Assembly: GCF_000143415.4 (NCBI RefSeq)
Contig: NW_003314272.1
Coordinates: 964,184 to 1,028,183 of the forward strand
Direction of reading: 5' to 3'
DNA from: Selaginella moellendorffii
Taxonomy: Eukaryota > Plantae > Lycopodiophyta
Length of the DNA stretch: 64,000 nucleotides
The translations under genes were made by a program, and so were the position numbers. Of the stretch, positions 52,369-64,000 are shown piece after piece (position 1 is the first letter of the stretch; each line of letters opens with the position of its first letter). The notes beneath the pieces are model-generated. The model did no database searches. It was not told the origin of the DNA and saw only the letters and a program-made list of their open reading frames with translations.

Positions 52369-53250
52369 GAATCGAAAAAGGTACGATCGTGTTGCTTTTT
52401 TTTTTTTTTTTTTCCAGGTATTGGAGGGAGAGGCAGCCAAGATTTGCGTTAAGAAACTTCTCATCCGTGGAGATGAGCTATCCAAGTTGTCCAGGTTGTG
52501 TCACATTTGGATTTCGATTCCCAAATTCCAGCTCCAGCTGGATCGAGCTTTTGCCCAGGCTCAAATTTATGAAGACCAAACTTAACAGACTTGGATCGCT
52601 GGATCAAATTTCGGGCGCCTTTGGGCAAGCAGGCGAGGCAATCATCTCGCCATCACTAAGTACAATTCATGTATCTATATAAAATACATTTAAACCAGAA
52701 TAATGTAACATTTATAATAATCTTAGTATACGAATGCTTCCACTAAAACGGAATGCTTACACTTGACCCGCACTAAAACGGGTGAGATCTGCCTCTTGCT
52801 TGCATCTCCGCGATTTCGCTCCCCTGGGTTAATTCCATCCCCTTCCATAGACAGTTTATGCCCTCCAAAACTTACGGAGCCAATCTTTAAACAAGTCAAA
52901 AAAGATTTCAGGAGAAAAAAGAACTTTCTTTCGAGCGTTACACAGGAATTGTACCTCTTTTCTCTCCGGATCTTGAGCCGTCAATCTCCATGGCCGTTGC
53001 ACGCATGCACACGTCAAAAATCCACGAAAAAGGCCATGAACAGCTTGTAACAAAAGGTGGCGGGGCTACATGTGAGCGTCAGCTTGCTTGCTGGGCAGTG
53101 GTAATAGCAAGACGCGAAACGCGGCAGCAGATCGGTTCCTGTGCTTGCTGGTGGGGTGGCGTTTATAAGAGTTGGCAAGCAAAAACAAAGTCATAGATCT
53201 CTCGATCTCGCAAAAGAAGGTTGGCCGGATCCATACATCATCAATTTATC

Positions 53251-53715
53251 ATGTCGTCGACGAGTCCCAGTTATCTGATGATCCTGCTGCTTCTCACCGC
53301 TACTCTTGTCTCTGGTGATGAGTTCTCAGATCCGCCAGCTTCTTCTTTTTTGCATTCCCCTCGAAACAGTAGAAAGCTTTCGCCATTGTTGCTAGGCTTG
53401 ATGAGAGGCCCAGGAGGAGCAGTGGGATCGAGTGTGGAGTGCTCCGAGGGTGAATCGGGTGGAACCTTTTGCCGGGCTCAGGCATTGTTCGCGGCAAGCG
53501 GATCGAGTGCGTCGTGTTGCAATCGGCGGTGTGTGGACGTTGGTGTGGATCTGTTCCACTGCGGCATTTGCAACCGGCGGTGCCAAGACGGGGAGTCGTG
53601 CTGCAGGGGATTTTGCGTAGATCTCAACACCAACAGGAAGAACTGTGGCGAGTGCGGTTTCAAGTGTCCCAGAGACGTGCAGTGCCAGCTTGGGATCTGT
53701 GGCTATGCCGGATGA
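53251..53715 (+). CDS. Stigma-specific STIG1 family cysteine-rich secreted peptide
   Basis: Signal peptide; CCNRRCVDVGVDLFHCGICNRRC..GESCCRGFCVDLNTNRKNCGECGFKC....CQLGICGYA. Confidence 0.92.
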   Translation: MSSTSPSYLMILLLLTATLVSGDEFSDPPASSFLHSPRNSRKLSPLLLGLMRGPGGAVGSSVECSEGESGGTFCRAQALFAASGSSASCCNRRCVDVGVDLFHCGICNRRCQDGESCCRGFCVDLNTNRKNCGECGFKCPRDVQCQLGICGYAG

Positions 53716-53920
53716 TCAAGGAAGAACATCTCTACTCGTTTTGCATCATTCTTTAGTTCTTGATTGTGAGATCCTTCATCGATTTTATTCATTTTCTTCA
53801 TTGTCTAAGTTTGTTACCACGAGAAGAGGAAAATTCATGTATTTGCTTTGATTCATTCATTCATTTATCCAAGAGCCAAGTGTTTATCTTCCGGGTCTTG
53901 AAAGTTAATAGTTTGTGTCG

Positions 53921-55528
53921 TCAATCTAGCCTGAGAACAAGACCACCACCACCTTCCGCCTTGCTGATCAACCCTCCTCCTCCTCCTCCCTCTTGCGATC
54001 CGCCTTGCGAGCTCTTCCGGCTTCCAGACGGCTGCTGCGACGCCGAGTTTCCACCGCCGCCCCCCTGCTGAGGCTGCTGAGCCCGAGGAGGGGGCGATTT
54101 CGGGCGGAGGGCCTCTATCTCGTTCGTGGTCCCCAAGAGATGCGGAGCTTCTGGCTGAGGATTGCCTCGTCCTCCCTGCCAGACATTGCCTTCCGAGTCT
54201 GCAAAGTATCTTGTATACGTCTGAAACATCGCAAACAAACAAACTTTGTCGTAGAGAAAGAGCTTCCAGACTTACCTGGCTGCTGAAGTTGGAGGACGTG
54301 AGACTCTTCCCGATGGTTACCCAGCCAGCACGGATGTTATGGTCTTCGCCGAATAGCTCCAGCCGCCGCCGGCCCAGCGCAAAATGCTCTATGATGTGGT
54401 AGAGCTCTTCTGGTTTAGCGACGGATCCTACAGACAAGCAGCCATTAGCTTGAGAGAGTTTTGAAGTTGAGAGACAACTCACCGAACGGAGGCTCCTCCG
54501 AGATAATCACGTCGGTGTCAACGTTGGCATGAATAATATGTCCATCACTGCTTCTTCTCACGGTTCCTTTTATACCCATCAAGCAGTGTTCCTGACAAAC
54601 CGAAGCGTGGGTTAGGCCACTAATAGCAAGCTCCGAGTGTCACGTACCTTTGAGTGCTGGAACAAGGTGTTGGAATCGTGTCTTAGTGGCGGAGATGGAT
54701 TTTGTTTGTTCGTCTTTACCCAGCAGATATCTTCACACCTTCTGAATCCCCACTATGGAATCCGTTAACGAGAAGAAAAAACGCATTTTGTTTCACGTAC
54801 CTTCTTCAAGCACTGCCGACCTTGATCGAGCCCTTCCGCATCTCCCACCCATAGAAAAATAAACGAGGGTGTATCAGCGATAGCCTGCGATCCACTGCCG
54901 TGAAAATCAAGCTCAAGAAGAACAAAGACAGAGAATGAGAAAGAAGAAAGAGCTCGTACCTCGATTCGAAGGTTGAGAATCTCCTCAAACGTCCACCACT
55001 CGAGGGAATCCTCCACGCCGGGAGCTCGTCTCACATACTCCTCCCAGGGAGGATCCACCAGGATGACATCAAACTTGGTGCCGAAAAGCTCTGGACCCAA
55101 AGCCTGCGTCTTCAAGTCACACTGCAAGTACATTGGCGGCGTTGCGCGCTCGGCGATGAGCGAATCCTTCCTCGTGACGAGCTCCTTGAGCTTGGGATAC
55201 TCCTCGAACCGGTCAGCCAGATCCACGTCCCGGATGAAATTGTGAGGCCGCAATCCAGTGTCGACAAAGTGCTGCGAGTAATCGTTCTGCTCGCCCCGCG
55301 ACGGAGCTCGACCCAGGCCTCCTCTCCCTGGAACAATCCCCGCCGGGAACATCCCAGCGCCACAGCCCCAGCCCATGGACGCCGCGAAATGCGAGGAATA
55401 CGCGGCCCCTGGCGGGGGAAGCACACCTGATCGATCGAGCCAGAAAATCTCATGGAATCAGAGGGAATCAAGCGATTGCTACCTGTTCCTCGCCCCCTGC
55501 TCGTGGATCCCGCGCGCTGTGGCTGCAT
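53921..55528 (-). CDS. MTB: m6A methyltransferase complex subunit MTB (METTL14 homolog, MT-A70 family), multi-exon
   Basis: [111 protein letters not shown]. First exon [15 protein letters not shown] splices in frame. Confidence 0.92.
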
Positions 55529-55957
55529 TGCTCCCGCTCCTTCTTGCTAGAGCCCTAAACCCTAGTAGAGGAGATGCCATTGTCAAGCATATTCACGCCC
55601 ACACGCCAATCCAGGGGAAAGAGAAATGTTTGTGGCGCATTGGACGGTCGTACAGACGTGGCAAAGCGAATCTTCAGTGGACTGGACACATTCGTCCACT
55701 TGGCAAGATTGAGACCGTGGATCACTCCATGTGGACGGGCCGATTTACTGGCCGCCATAGCTAAGAAGCCCTTGATTGACCCTTCTCTCCCCTTTTGGTT
55801 GTCTCAAAGAGTGGCGCAATGGTGAAGTCTGTGGGGAAGAAATCCAGGGTGAGGCGGCCGTGCTCCAGGAAGCGACCCAAGGATTCTAGTTAGATTTCGC
55901 GTTCGCGGCGCTCGATTCCTCTTCTTCTCCTCGATTTTGGGGGAAATTTTTCTAGCT

Positions 55958-58036
55958 ATGGGCACTCCCAGCGGCATCCAGACCCGCGTGGGGAAGTATG
56001 AGCTGGGGAAAACGGTCGGCGAGGGTACGTTCGCCAAGGTCCGGCGGGCGACGAATCTGGAGACTGGCGAGCAAGTCGCGATTAAAATTCTCGACAAGGA
56101 GAAGGTCATGAGGCACAAAATGGTCGAACAGGTTCGTGTTTGTGACTAGTTCTCCTCGATTTTGGATACAATTCTCGTGATCTCGCAGCTCAAGCGGGAG
56201 ATTTCAACCATGAAGCTAGTGAAGCATCCAAATATCGTCCAGCTCCATGAGGTATACTGGCATTTTTTTGCTGTAACTTCCCTCGAACTTACACGCGAGT
56301 CTGTGTCACCAGGTTCTAGCCAGCAAGACTAAAGTTTACATCGTTCTAGAGTATGTCACCGGGGGAGAACTCTTTAACAAGATTGTGAGTGTTCTTCTTC
56401 GCTAGTTTTTCGCCCCCTTCGTTCTCTATCTAATGCCAAGCTCCCAGGTGAAACAAGTCCGAATGAAAGAAGAAGATGCGAGGAGGTATTTCCAGCAGCT
56501 CATCAATGCCGTGGACTATTGTCACAGCCGGGGTGTGTATCATCGCGACTTAAAGGTGCCATGATAGCATACTTTTCTTTGTCCCGAGATTTCTCTCTGA
56601 CTTGGATTCCAGCCGGAGAATTTGCTGTTGGATACGAATGGAAACTTGAAAATCTCTGATTTTGGGTTGAGTGCGCTTCCACAGCACCTTCGGGTATGAA
56701 TTTTTTTCTCTTTCTTTTGGTATATTTTTGTGAGTGGATTTGCGTGGTCTTGGTTTGCAGCCCGACGGCCTACTTCATACTACTTGTGGCACTCCAAACT
56801 ACGTTGCCCCTGAAGTAAGTCTCCTTTCTTAGTTCGATCATTCGTCACACTCTCTTCTACCAGGTTATAAACAACAAGGGGTACGATGGGGCCACTGCGG
56901 ACTTGTGGTCGTGTGGTGTTATTCTTTATGTACTGATGGCTGGCTTTTTACCCTTCGACGAGTCCAACTTGATGAATTTGTACAAAAAGGTATGAATTTT
57001 TTAGTGACAGCACGTTGAAAATGTTTTTTGCGCGGTCCAGATTTTTCGTGCGGATTTCAAGTACCCAAAGTGGTTCAGCAGTGGAGCAAAAAACTTGATA
57101 TCTAGAATTCTCCATCCAAATCCAAAATCCGTAAGTTAATCTACCTGTCCTTTTCCTTTATCTGAATGCATCGGGTGGTTTGCAGCGTATCAAGATTCCT
57201 GAAATTCTCGAAAACGAGTGGTTCAAGACGGACTACAAGCCAGCAAAATTTCTCGAGGAAGATGCTGCTCATCTGAAAGATATCGAAGACGTTTTCAATG
57301 AGGTACACGGCCACTTTGTTTTCCTTGTCGGGATTCTCGTGCTCAATCGCGACTAATGTTTTGCAGGAGCATCTCGTCAAAGAAGAGAAGAGAGAGCTGA
57401 AAAGGCAGGAGTCAAAGCCAGTGCTAATGAACGCTTTCGAGCTGCTGTCGATGTCGTCGGGCCTCGATCTGTCGGGTCTTTTTGAGAAACAAAAGGTACA
57501 CGCTTAATCGTCATATGGTTTTTATCTCACGCAACGTTACAGGAGCCTGTCAAGCGGGAGTCTCGATTTGCTTCCGTCTGCCCAGCGAATCAGATAATAT
57601 CAAAGATTGAAGAGGCTGCGCGACCTCTCGGGTTTGATGTTCGCAAACAAGACTACAAGGTGAGACCAAATCTCTAGCATTCCTGTGATAACATCAGAGT
57701 GGACAGATGAAGCTGCTTGGATCGAAGTCTGGAAGGAAGGGGCAGCTCTCAGTAGCGACGGAGGTAAGAACACGAGAACCTAATCAGTCGCTCAGCCAAA
57801 GATGAAACTTTGATTGCTCAGGTGTTTGAAGTGGCACCCTCGCTTTTCATGGTTGAGATGAGGAAAGCGGGAGGAGACACACTAGAATACACAGCGGTAA
57901 TGATGCTAGAAGTGGTGTTTCTTCATTGGAACTCACATTGTATTGCTCGTTTGGTCAGTTCCACAAGGATTTGTACGTCGGGTTGGAAGATATTGTTTGG
58001 AAGAACGAGCTGGAAGTGGAAAGAGGAGAAAGATAA
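55958..58036 (+). CDS. CIPK: CBL-interacting serine/threonine protein kinase (SnRK3), intron-rich clade
   Basis: [52 protein letters not shown]; NAF motif [21 protein letters not shown]; [23 protein letters not shown]. Confidence 0.95.
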
Positions 58037-59084
58037 AACTAGGACGCGAACGGTCACGATTTCCCATCCTATATTCAACGAGGAAGAAAAACAATCACTC
58101 ACCTGGAAGATCGAGAGCTGGCGGCGCGCCATCTCTTCCCCGAGCACACCGAAAGAGAAGAGAATCGTCGCTTTGACATTGTTTCGATTCATACAAGACC
58201 GAAATTTAAGTGTAAATTTTAAATGTGTGAATATTTAACCTAAATAATAATAATTTAAAACTTATAGCCCTAAATTATAAACCGGACGAAACGATATATA
58301 TAAAATACTAAATTTCAAAATTATTAATGCAATTGTAGGTATGTTATTTCCCATTCACATCATTGTTCGAAAATCAGGAAAGGGCACCGGGGGTGCAGAT
58401 CAAGCTGCAGATCGTTTCGATCGTTTTGAAGCCGGGACAGGGGACAAGCTCCTGGCCTTCGAAGGAACTTCATGGCATCGTGAGATTCATCATGGAGATG
58501 GGCAAGCAAGTAGAACACGAGTGAGAGACTTGGCAACAACACCCCAAACTACATCATAGGGGACGAATACACTTGCGAAGTCGTCAAGAAGATCGAGTTC
58601 CTGGACTTCGTTGCAAAACTAGACCACAGACCGCACTCTTCAGCTCACGATCACGAAATGGCCAACGACACCCCCAGAATGCGACGATACAACCACACCC
58701 CCACCCGTCTACTGGATCAAATGCGAGGATACAGATAATAACACGGGATGGGCACGCCAACCCACATGGGAGGCTATACAACATCGCAAACTATGTCAGA
58801 CGAAGGGACTACCAATCAGGAAATGGTGGAACCAGCTGCGCAGAACTCCATAAAGCATCTGACAATTCCAGAAGGTGGCATGATCCACACCAAGCGTCCA
58901 ACAAGAAGAGTGCCAGTCCTCATTGACAAAGTAGAGATCTGGATCCAACGAACTCAGGAATTTGCCATGCGACATAGACACAAATTCAATACCGCCTGCC
59001 ACGGTGAAGGGCTCCAGATGTGTACGGCTACTCGTCCAGATGCTGAACACGCAATGGGATGAGGAAGTTGTCACCTTTTGTTCT

Positions 59085-62000
59085 TAACGTGTGCATGCGT
59101 GCAACGGCCATGGAAGTTGACGGCTCAAGATCCAAAGGAAAAAGAGGTGAACTCACTAACGCAAAACACGTATGTGCCTGCATGCCCTTTGCCCGCACAC
59201 TAAGTAAGCATGTGGTGTAGGACATATATCCCCTGCCCGAGATTCCAAAAGGCCGCTGAATAGCACAGAGCATGTCTACATCGAAAGAAAACTTTCCTCA
59301 AATCTTTTATGACTCTTGACTTAGAGAGACCTGATTTGTTTAAATTTGAAGTCTAGCGTTTAAATTTTTCGTTGAAATGAATTGTGGCTTGGATCAAAAT
59401 TTCGCGAGCCCTTGGGCAAGCAGATGGCCTGTGCTAGATCTTGGGCAAGCGCTCGATCAAGAATTTGGGAATCCTACAAGAAAGTTTTTAGCCATTCCCA
59501 GAACAATAACGACCTTAGAAGACATCTCCACGGATGAGAAGTTTCTTACCATGCCAGTCCCTGCAATACCTGGACAAAATGAAAAAGCAATACGTACCTA
59601 TTTCGTTTCCAGTACTGTGGAACAGCGAAGTACATGGAGCCGCAGGTGATGGAAGAAATCACCTCCAGTGCGATGTGCTTCTCTGTACCACAGTACTGTG
59701 ATGCCAAACTCTTCCTTGTGCATCTCAAGGAAGAGACTCAAATGGATCCTCGCCCATCGTCGCAATAGATATGGCGGATCGAAGCCCTAATTCTCTCTGG
59801 AGAGAACCCTAGGCAATGCGCTGTTGCTTTAGTAAGAGCTAAATACTAAAAATAGACCCTCGGGCTAAGTTTGGACCTAGCTTCGACGGCTGGGATGATG
59901 TAGACGGACGGTGGAGATGCGATCGCAATTTAGTGGATATATGCTCAAATATTCTAGTATATTCGAGGAGTTACCAACAGTCTGGACGAAAATAGGCGGC
60001 AAGGCACGCTCAAACTGTAAGTTTTGCCACATTCCGGAGTGTCCGCTATGGTGTTTCAGCTCAAGAAATGAAGGTCCCACCCCTCGCAGCAGTCTTCCTC
60101 AACATGCCCAAAGCACCGCACCCACAGCCGCAACAATCCACCAATGACCAATCCCTCGCCAAGCGCACCTCAAGCGGGAGAGATCAGCGTCAAACAGAGA
60201 CGAGGAGTCACGGCAGCCATCACGCGGGGATCGTCACTCAACCGATAACTCCTCCAGCGATCGTCGTCACCGTGTCATTCAACTGGGATCTCAACCAAGG
60301 AACACGTCCTCAACGAAAAAAAACGCCATTGCCGGCAGCAACGGTCACACGAGAAACTACTATTCAAACATACATGGCAATGAGCAGCCGGCTGATGCAT
60401 AGCACAACACCGCCACGACACTGGCCAACACCAACATCGAGCCCAAGACCCAGTGCTGACCCACCTAAAACTACGGGCGAGGACCAGAGACGACCACTCA
60501 AGCATCACAATGTCAACCGCCAGCGCGCCCGTCAACATGGCCATTACGCCATAAAAGATTGGACTCCACGGCGCAGCACCACCGCCCAGTGACATGGCTA
60601 GAGGAAAACATAAGGGGAGAACAGCCGCATGCGCTCGGAGACCAGGAGCCCCAGAACGTCGAGGGATCACTGAACACTACGACCCGATCTACCACCAACC
60701 AAGGACTATTGCAGAATGAGAGGAGCCCCTCCCATACAGAAATCACTTCCTGCGTGGTTACAACTTTACTAAGGCCTGATGGAGTGTGTGAATTGACCAC
60801 CCACGCTTCAACGGAGAGGAAGTGAACCCCTGGTTTGGCCGTTACATGTACGAGAGGGACCAGATCGCGAAGTTCTGCACGGAGATCAACAGCGAATTCC
60901 TGGTTACCTTCAAACACCACAACGGGCTATCTGGGGCGAAGGCACTATCGCCAGCGTCACCTGGTAGAAGACGGCTGGTTTCCCTCTCTGGGCCGTTCTC
61001 CGCGAACCCGGTGGACTCCAGGCCGAGAGAGAGACCACGAAGGAGGCCCTCCGGACACTGGGACGCGTCATCTTCACCAACGTGAAATCAGGAACAAAAG
61101 AACTCAGCGAGGATCACCATGGGACAACACACGTATGCGCCGCAGTACGTCAACATTCCAGAGCGCCTGAACGTCACCAAGGATTTCGGCGCTTCTGGAA
61201 CATTTGAGGCAGAACAATGTTCCAGCACCGGCAACCAAAGAGAGCACGCCACCACCACCGGGCATAGAAAACACCTCCATACAACAACAGAAACTTCCAC
61301 GGACAGGAATGAGCCTCAAGACTAGATTTCCAAATACCTGGCAGCTCGAGGGGACGGCAGTCAGTGCGAGAACACCTATGAATGAGGACTAGAAGATTTT
61401 AGAGGATCAAACTCCACACTGATGCTGCTGAGGAAGCTGAGCAAAACGAGCAACAAACAAGGCCGCGTCTGATCCTAGACAATCAACAAGTTACACCCGC
61501 AGTCGTGAAACAACCGCCACTGAAAGACAACAGCAAAGGGCAAAAGGACAACCAGAAACGCAAGGAAATGTCCAAAAAGGTGATCAAGCCAATCTACCCG
61601 ATCGGCGGCCCAACCCCGACCAACTTAGATCCGTGATCAGCACAGCCGTGGCGATGAATGATGCATCTTACATCAGGCCAGCAACAAGATGCGGAGGCAC
61701 CAGTGTCATGGCACACCACGCATACACTCAACCACACATCATGACGAAGTAACGCTCCAACATGCTCAGCAATGATTGTTCACGCTCCAAGCCCGAGTGC
61801 GAGCCCAGAAAAGTCGTCATGCAGTAGCAGCACTGGCTGCAGGGAACCAGAACTAAGACATCAAGAGCACTCAGGATTTAAAATCCGCCATAATCTTTAC
61901 AACTCAAAGATCTTTACAAGGTACTCTACTGATTTTGGACTGCCCTAACGCCACAACAACAGCACAAGCGGGCACATTGCAGTGACGATGATGGTGATGG

Positions 62001-62210
62001 AGGTGGTGATGGTGATGACATCAGCGGCTTCTCACACGACTGCAGACTGGGTTTAGCGGAATACAGGCATTTCGACATTGCACTAGCTGAAACATGGCCC
62101 TGACCTTCCAAGCTTCAACACACACAGCACATCCATGGGACGAGAAAATGGAGGCATAGTCATCTACCTGATCTGGGGGCTGTAGTCATCAAACAAGATG
62201 AGGTGAACCA
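59085..62210 (-). repeat. Inverted copy of the 48.4-53.0 kb repeat (spacer block + hairpin unit + start of STIG1 promoter)
   Basis: Reverse-complement matches: ~62200 to ~48460, ~61390 to ~49190, ~60900 to ~49655, ~59900 to ~50040/52020, ~59400 to ~50470, and 59085-59130 to 52970-53015. Confidence 0.88.
59610..59698 (-). ncRNA. Pre-miRNA-like hairpin, copy 4 (inverted)
   Basis: CAGTACTGTGGAACAGCGAAGTACAT ... ATGTGCTTCTCTGTACCACAGTACTG on the + strand; same flanks reversed. Confidence 0.5.
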
Positions 62211-62622
62211 GATAATATAAAGAATTGTTATTAGTATAATTCTTTTTTGAGAATTTTTTATATTAAATAATTTTACACCATCTTAAATTTTTGCATTTTT
62301 TCCACTGAGCAAGGAGCCTCTTAAATAAACTATGTAGTGTAAGATGGGGAAAATAGAATAACACTAAGTCATTCACTTTGTACTCTACAAATGGACGGTG
62401 ATAAGAGTTATAGTGTTATTGTTATCCCACTTCTATACAGCTTATGTGTTCAACAAACTTTGTTTGGACAAGCGGAAAAATACTCATCAAATATTAATCC
62501 CAAAACCTAGCATCGGCATCTCGTGTCAATCGCAAAGGTAAACCCAACTCCATTGGTAATATTAGATTATGACCATATACAAGTTTATATGGTGAAGCAT
62601 TAATATAACTTTACATCTTTGT

Positions 62623-62625
<3 letters not shown>

Positions 62626-62663
<38 letters not shown>
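62626..62663. repeat. (TA)n microsatellite
   Basis: Pure TA run. Confidence 0.97.
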
Positions 62664-62667
<4 letters not shown>

Positions 62668-62719
62668 GAGACGGCAAATAATTATTATAATTTGAATGTT
62701 GAAAGTTCATATATTTCAC

Positions 62720-64000
62720 AATCATCCCTTTGAATGTTCGAACAAGTTGTCCACCAAACTCTCTGACTGTGGATGATAAACACCCATGAAAGTGTGGCAT
62801 ATACCCAACCAAGACATCAAAATATAAAATACCTCAACCATAAATGTGAGACTATTATTTGAAAGAATTCGCTCTAGACAAGAATGTTGGAACACCATTC
62901 GATTAAGAAGGAAGTATCCAATAGCAGTTGCAAATACGCTAGCAAGAACACTAACTTCCACTTAGCAAGTCAAATAATCAAAAGTAATAATAATATACTC
63001 ATTGCCATTGGTTGACATTGGAAAAGGTCCCATAAGATCAAACGCCACCAATTCAAACGGACAGAGAATTGCAATTGACTCCAACCATTCTTCCACAACA
63101 CAAGGGGAAGTATTACAAGCTTGGCACCAAACACAACTACGCACATATTGGATAATATCACGTCACATCTTTAGCCAATAGAAAGACCTGCACAACTTCT
63201 CGGTCACTGAACAATGTCTTATATGCTCACCGAGCAGTATGACCAACCAAGTTCTTGTGCATCAATAATGAGGTGACTGTAGTATGATCACCTTACAGTA
63301 ATATCCAAGAACCATGTAGATATGCATAAAGTTTCTTGAAACCCTAGACTACTACTAAACACTTTTTCTTTATCGTAAGAGTAGTTCACCTCTGCTGGTT
63401 CTGATGTATGGCTACTATATGCAATGGGATAGTGCTGATTAGGCACACTTAGGCTATCTTGCATCAACACACCTTCATAAGAAGCATTCACATGCAAAAT
63501 AAAAAGTCAAATGTATTTAAGATATGCTAAAATTGGAGGAGTAGTCAATAGGTCTTTGAGATCCATGAATGCTTGCTCATTGTCTGCAAACTATATGAAA
63601 GATGAGTTGACAATTTTAGCAACGCTCACAATGGTGAAGTGTGACCAGAAAGATAATCCACAAAACAATCAAAATATTGCACCTTACCCAGGAAGTGATA
63701 CATATCATTCACACACTTTGGAGTAAGGAACTTTAGAACAGTCACAAGTTTGTCAAGATCAACTTGCAAACCTGGGTAATATGGTACTCAAGATAAGTCA
63801 TGTCCTTGGACCCAAATATGCACTTTGACCGCTTCAGCTTTAAACCAACTTCTTGTAGCCGATCTAACATTTTACAAATATCACAAATGTGTTCCTCCCA
63901 CGTCCCCTCCGAGTGTATCAAGACATTATCTATGACGTTAGGAGTCACCTTTGGCATATCACAAAGAGCTTCGTCCATCATTTACTGGAAAGTTGTTGGA
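62720..64000 (-). mobile_element. Decayed Ty3/gypsy LTR retrotransposon pol (RT-RNaseH-integrase)
   Basis: RT VIDNVLIHS..TWEEH..MLDRLQEVGLKLKRSKCIFG (degenerate YxDD); RNaseH HVNASY...PIAYSS..AEVNYS; integrase CQAC, PFELVAFDLMGPFP..NGNEYII..DYLT, YHPQS. Stops and frameshifts present; RT-RH-INT order. Confidence 0.9.

Larger units (their letters stand above)
47500..52600 (+). repeat. Tandemly amplified multi-kb repeat: three hairpin units (47500-48090, 49980-50500, 51850-52600) alternating with two diverged spacer blocks (48455-49980, 50600-51450)
   Basis: Recurring blocks such as CATCTCCACCG(C/T)CCGTCTA and CTATTTTTAGTAT (3x), and GTTCCAGAAGCGCC..AAATCCTTGGTGACGTTCAGG (~49358 and ~50666). 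Confidence 0.85.

Noticed and set aside
58300-59075. Short ORFs downstream of CIPK
   Set aside because: No recognisable domain or consistent exon structure.
47796-59698. Hammerhead ribozyme or CRISPR interpretation of the repeated hairpin
   Set aside because: No CUGAUGA core, no regular repeat-spacer array, no cas genes; eukaryotic context.
47790-59728. Recurring short ORF SQYCG.EKHIALEVI..ITCG.MYF.VPQYW
   Set aside because: No consistent start or stop among copies; conservation is better explained by the hairpin, although a micropeptide is not fully excluded.

Overview
Plant nuclear DNA. The very short GT-AG introns (~50-60 nt), extreme gene density and telo-box promoters suggest the lycophyte Selaginella (inference). 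A ~56 kb gene-dense island is bounded on both sides by (TA)n tracts and decayed repeat/LTR-retrotransposon DNA, with an N-gap at 234-767. Genes in order: a secreted Cys-rich tandem-repeat peptide precursor, PHIP1-like RRM/zinc-knuckle protein, FMN split-barrel-like protein, NSF, RING-TM protein, DAP epimerase, RPS28, SKA2, SPT16, a catalytically degenerate HARBI1/ALP1-like protein, a CYP71-clan P450, HOS15, a GNAT, a MAPKK, two tandem extensins, UDP-arabinose 4-epimerase, SEUSS-like, STIG1-like peptide, m6A writer subunit MTB and a CIPK. Most unusual: (1) a spliced pre-pro-peptide with four 20-aa CC-x6-C-x3-C cores, each containing KNGYG (7357-7893); (2) a four-copy non-coding unit (promoter-like region plus ~87-nt pre-miRNA-like hairpin), three copies tandem and one inverted, forming long inverted arms around the STIG1-MTB-CIPK genes. 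Family assignments are from recalled motifs, not database searches. Multi-exon CDS coordinates are first to last coding base, spliced by eye.
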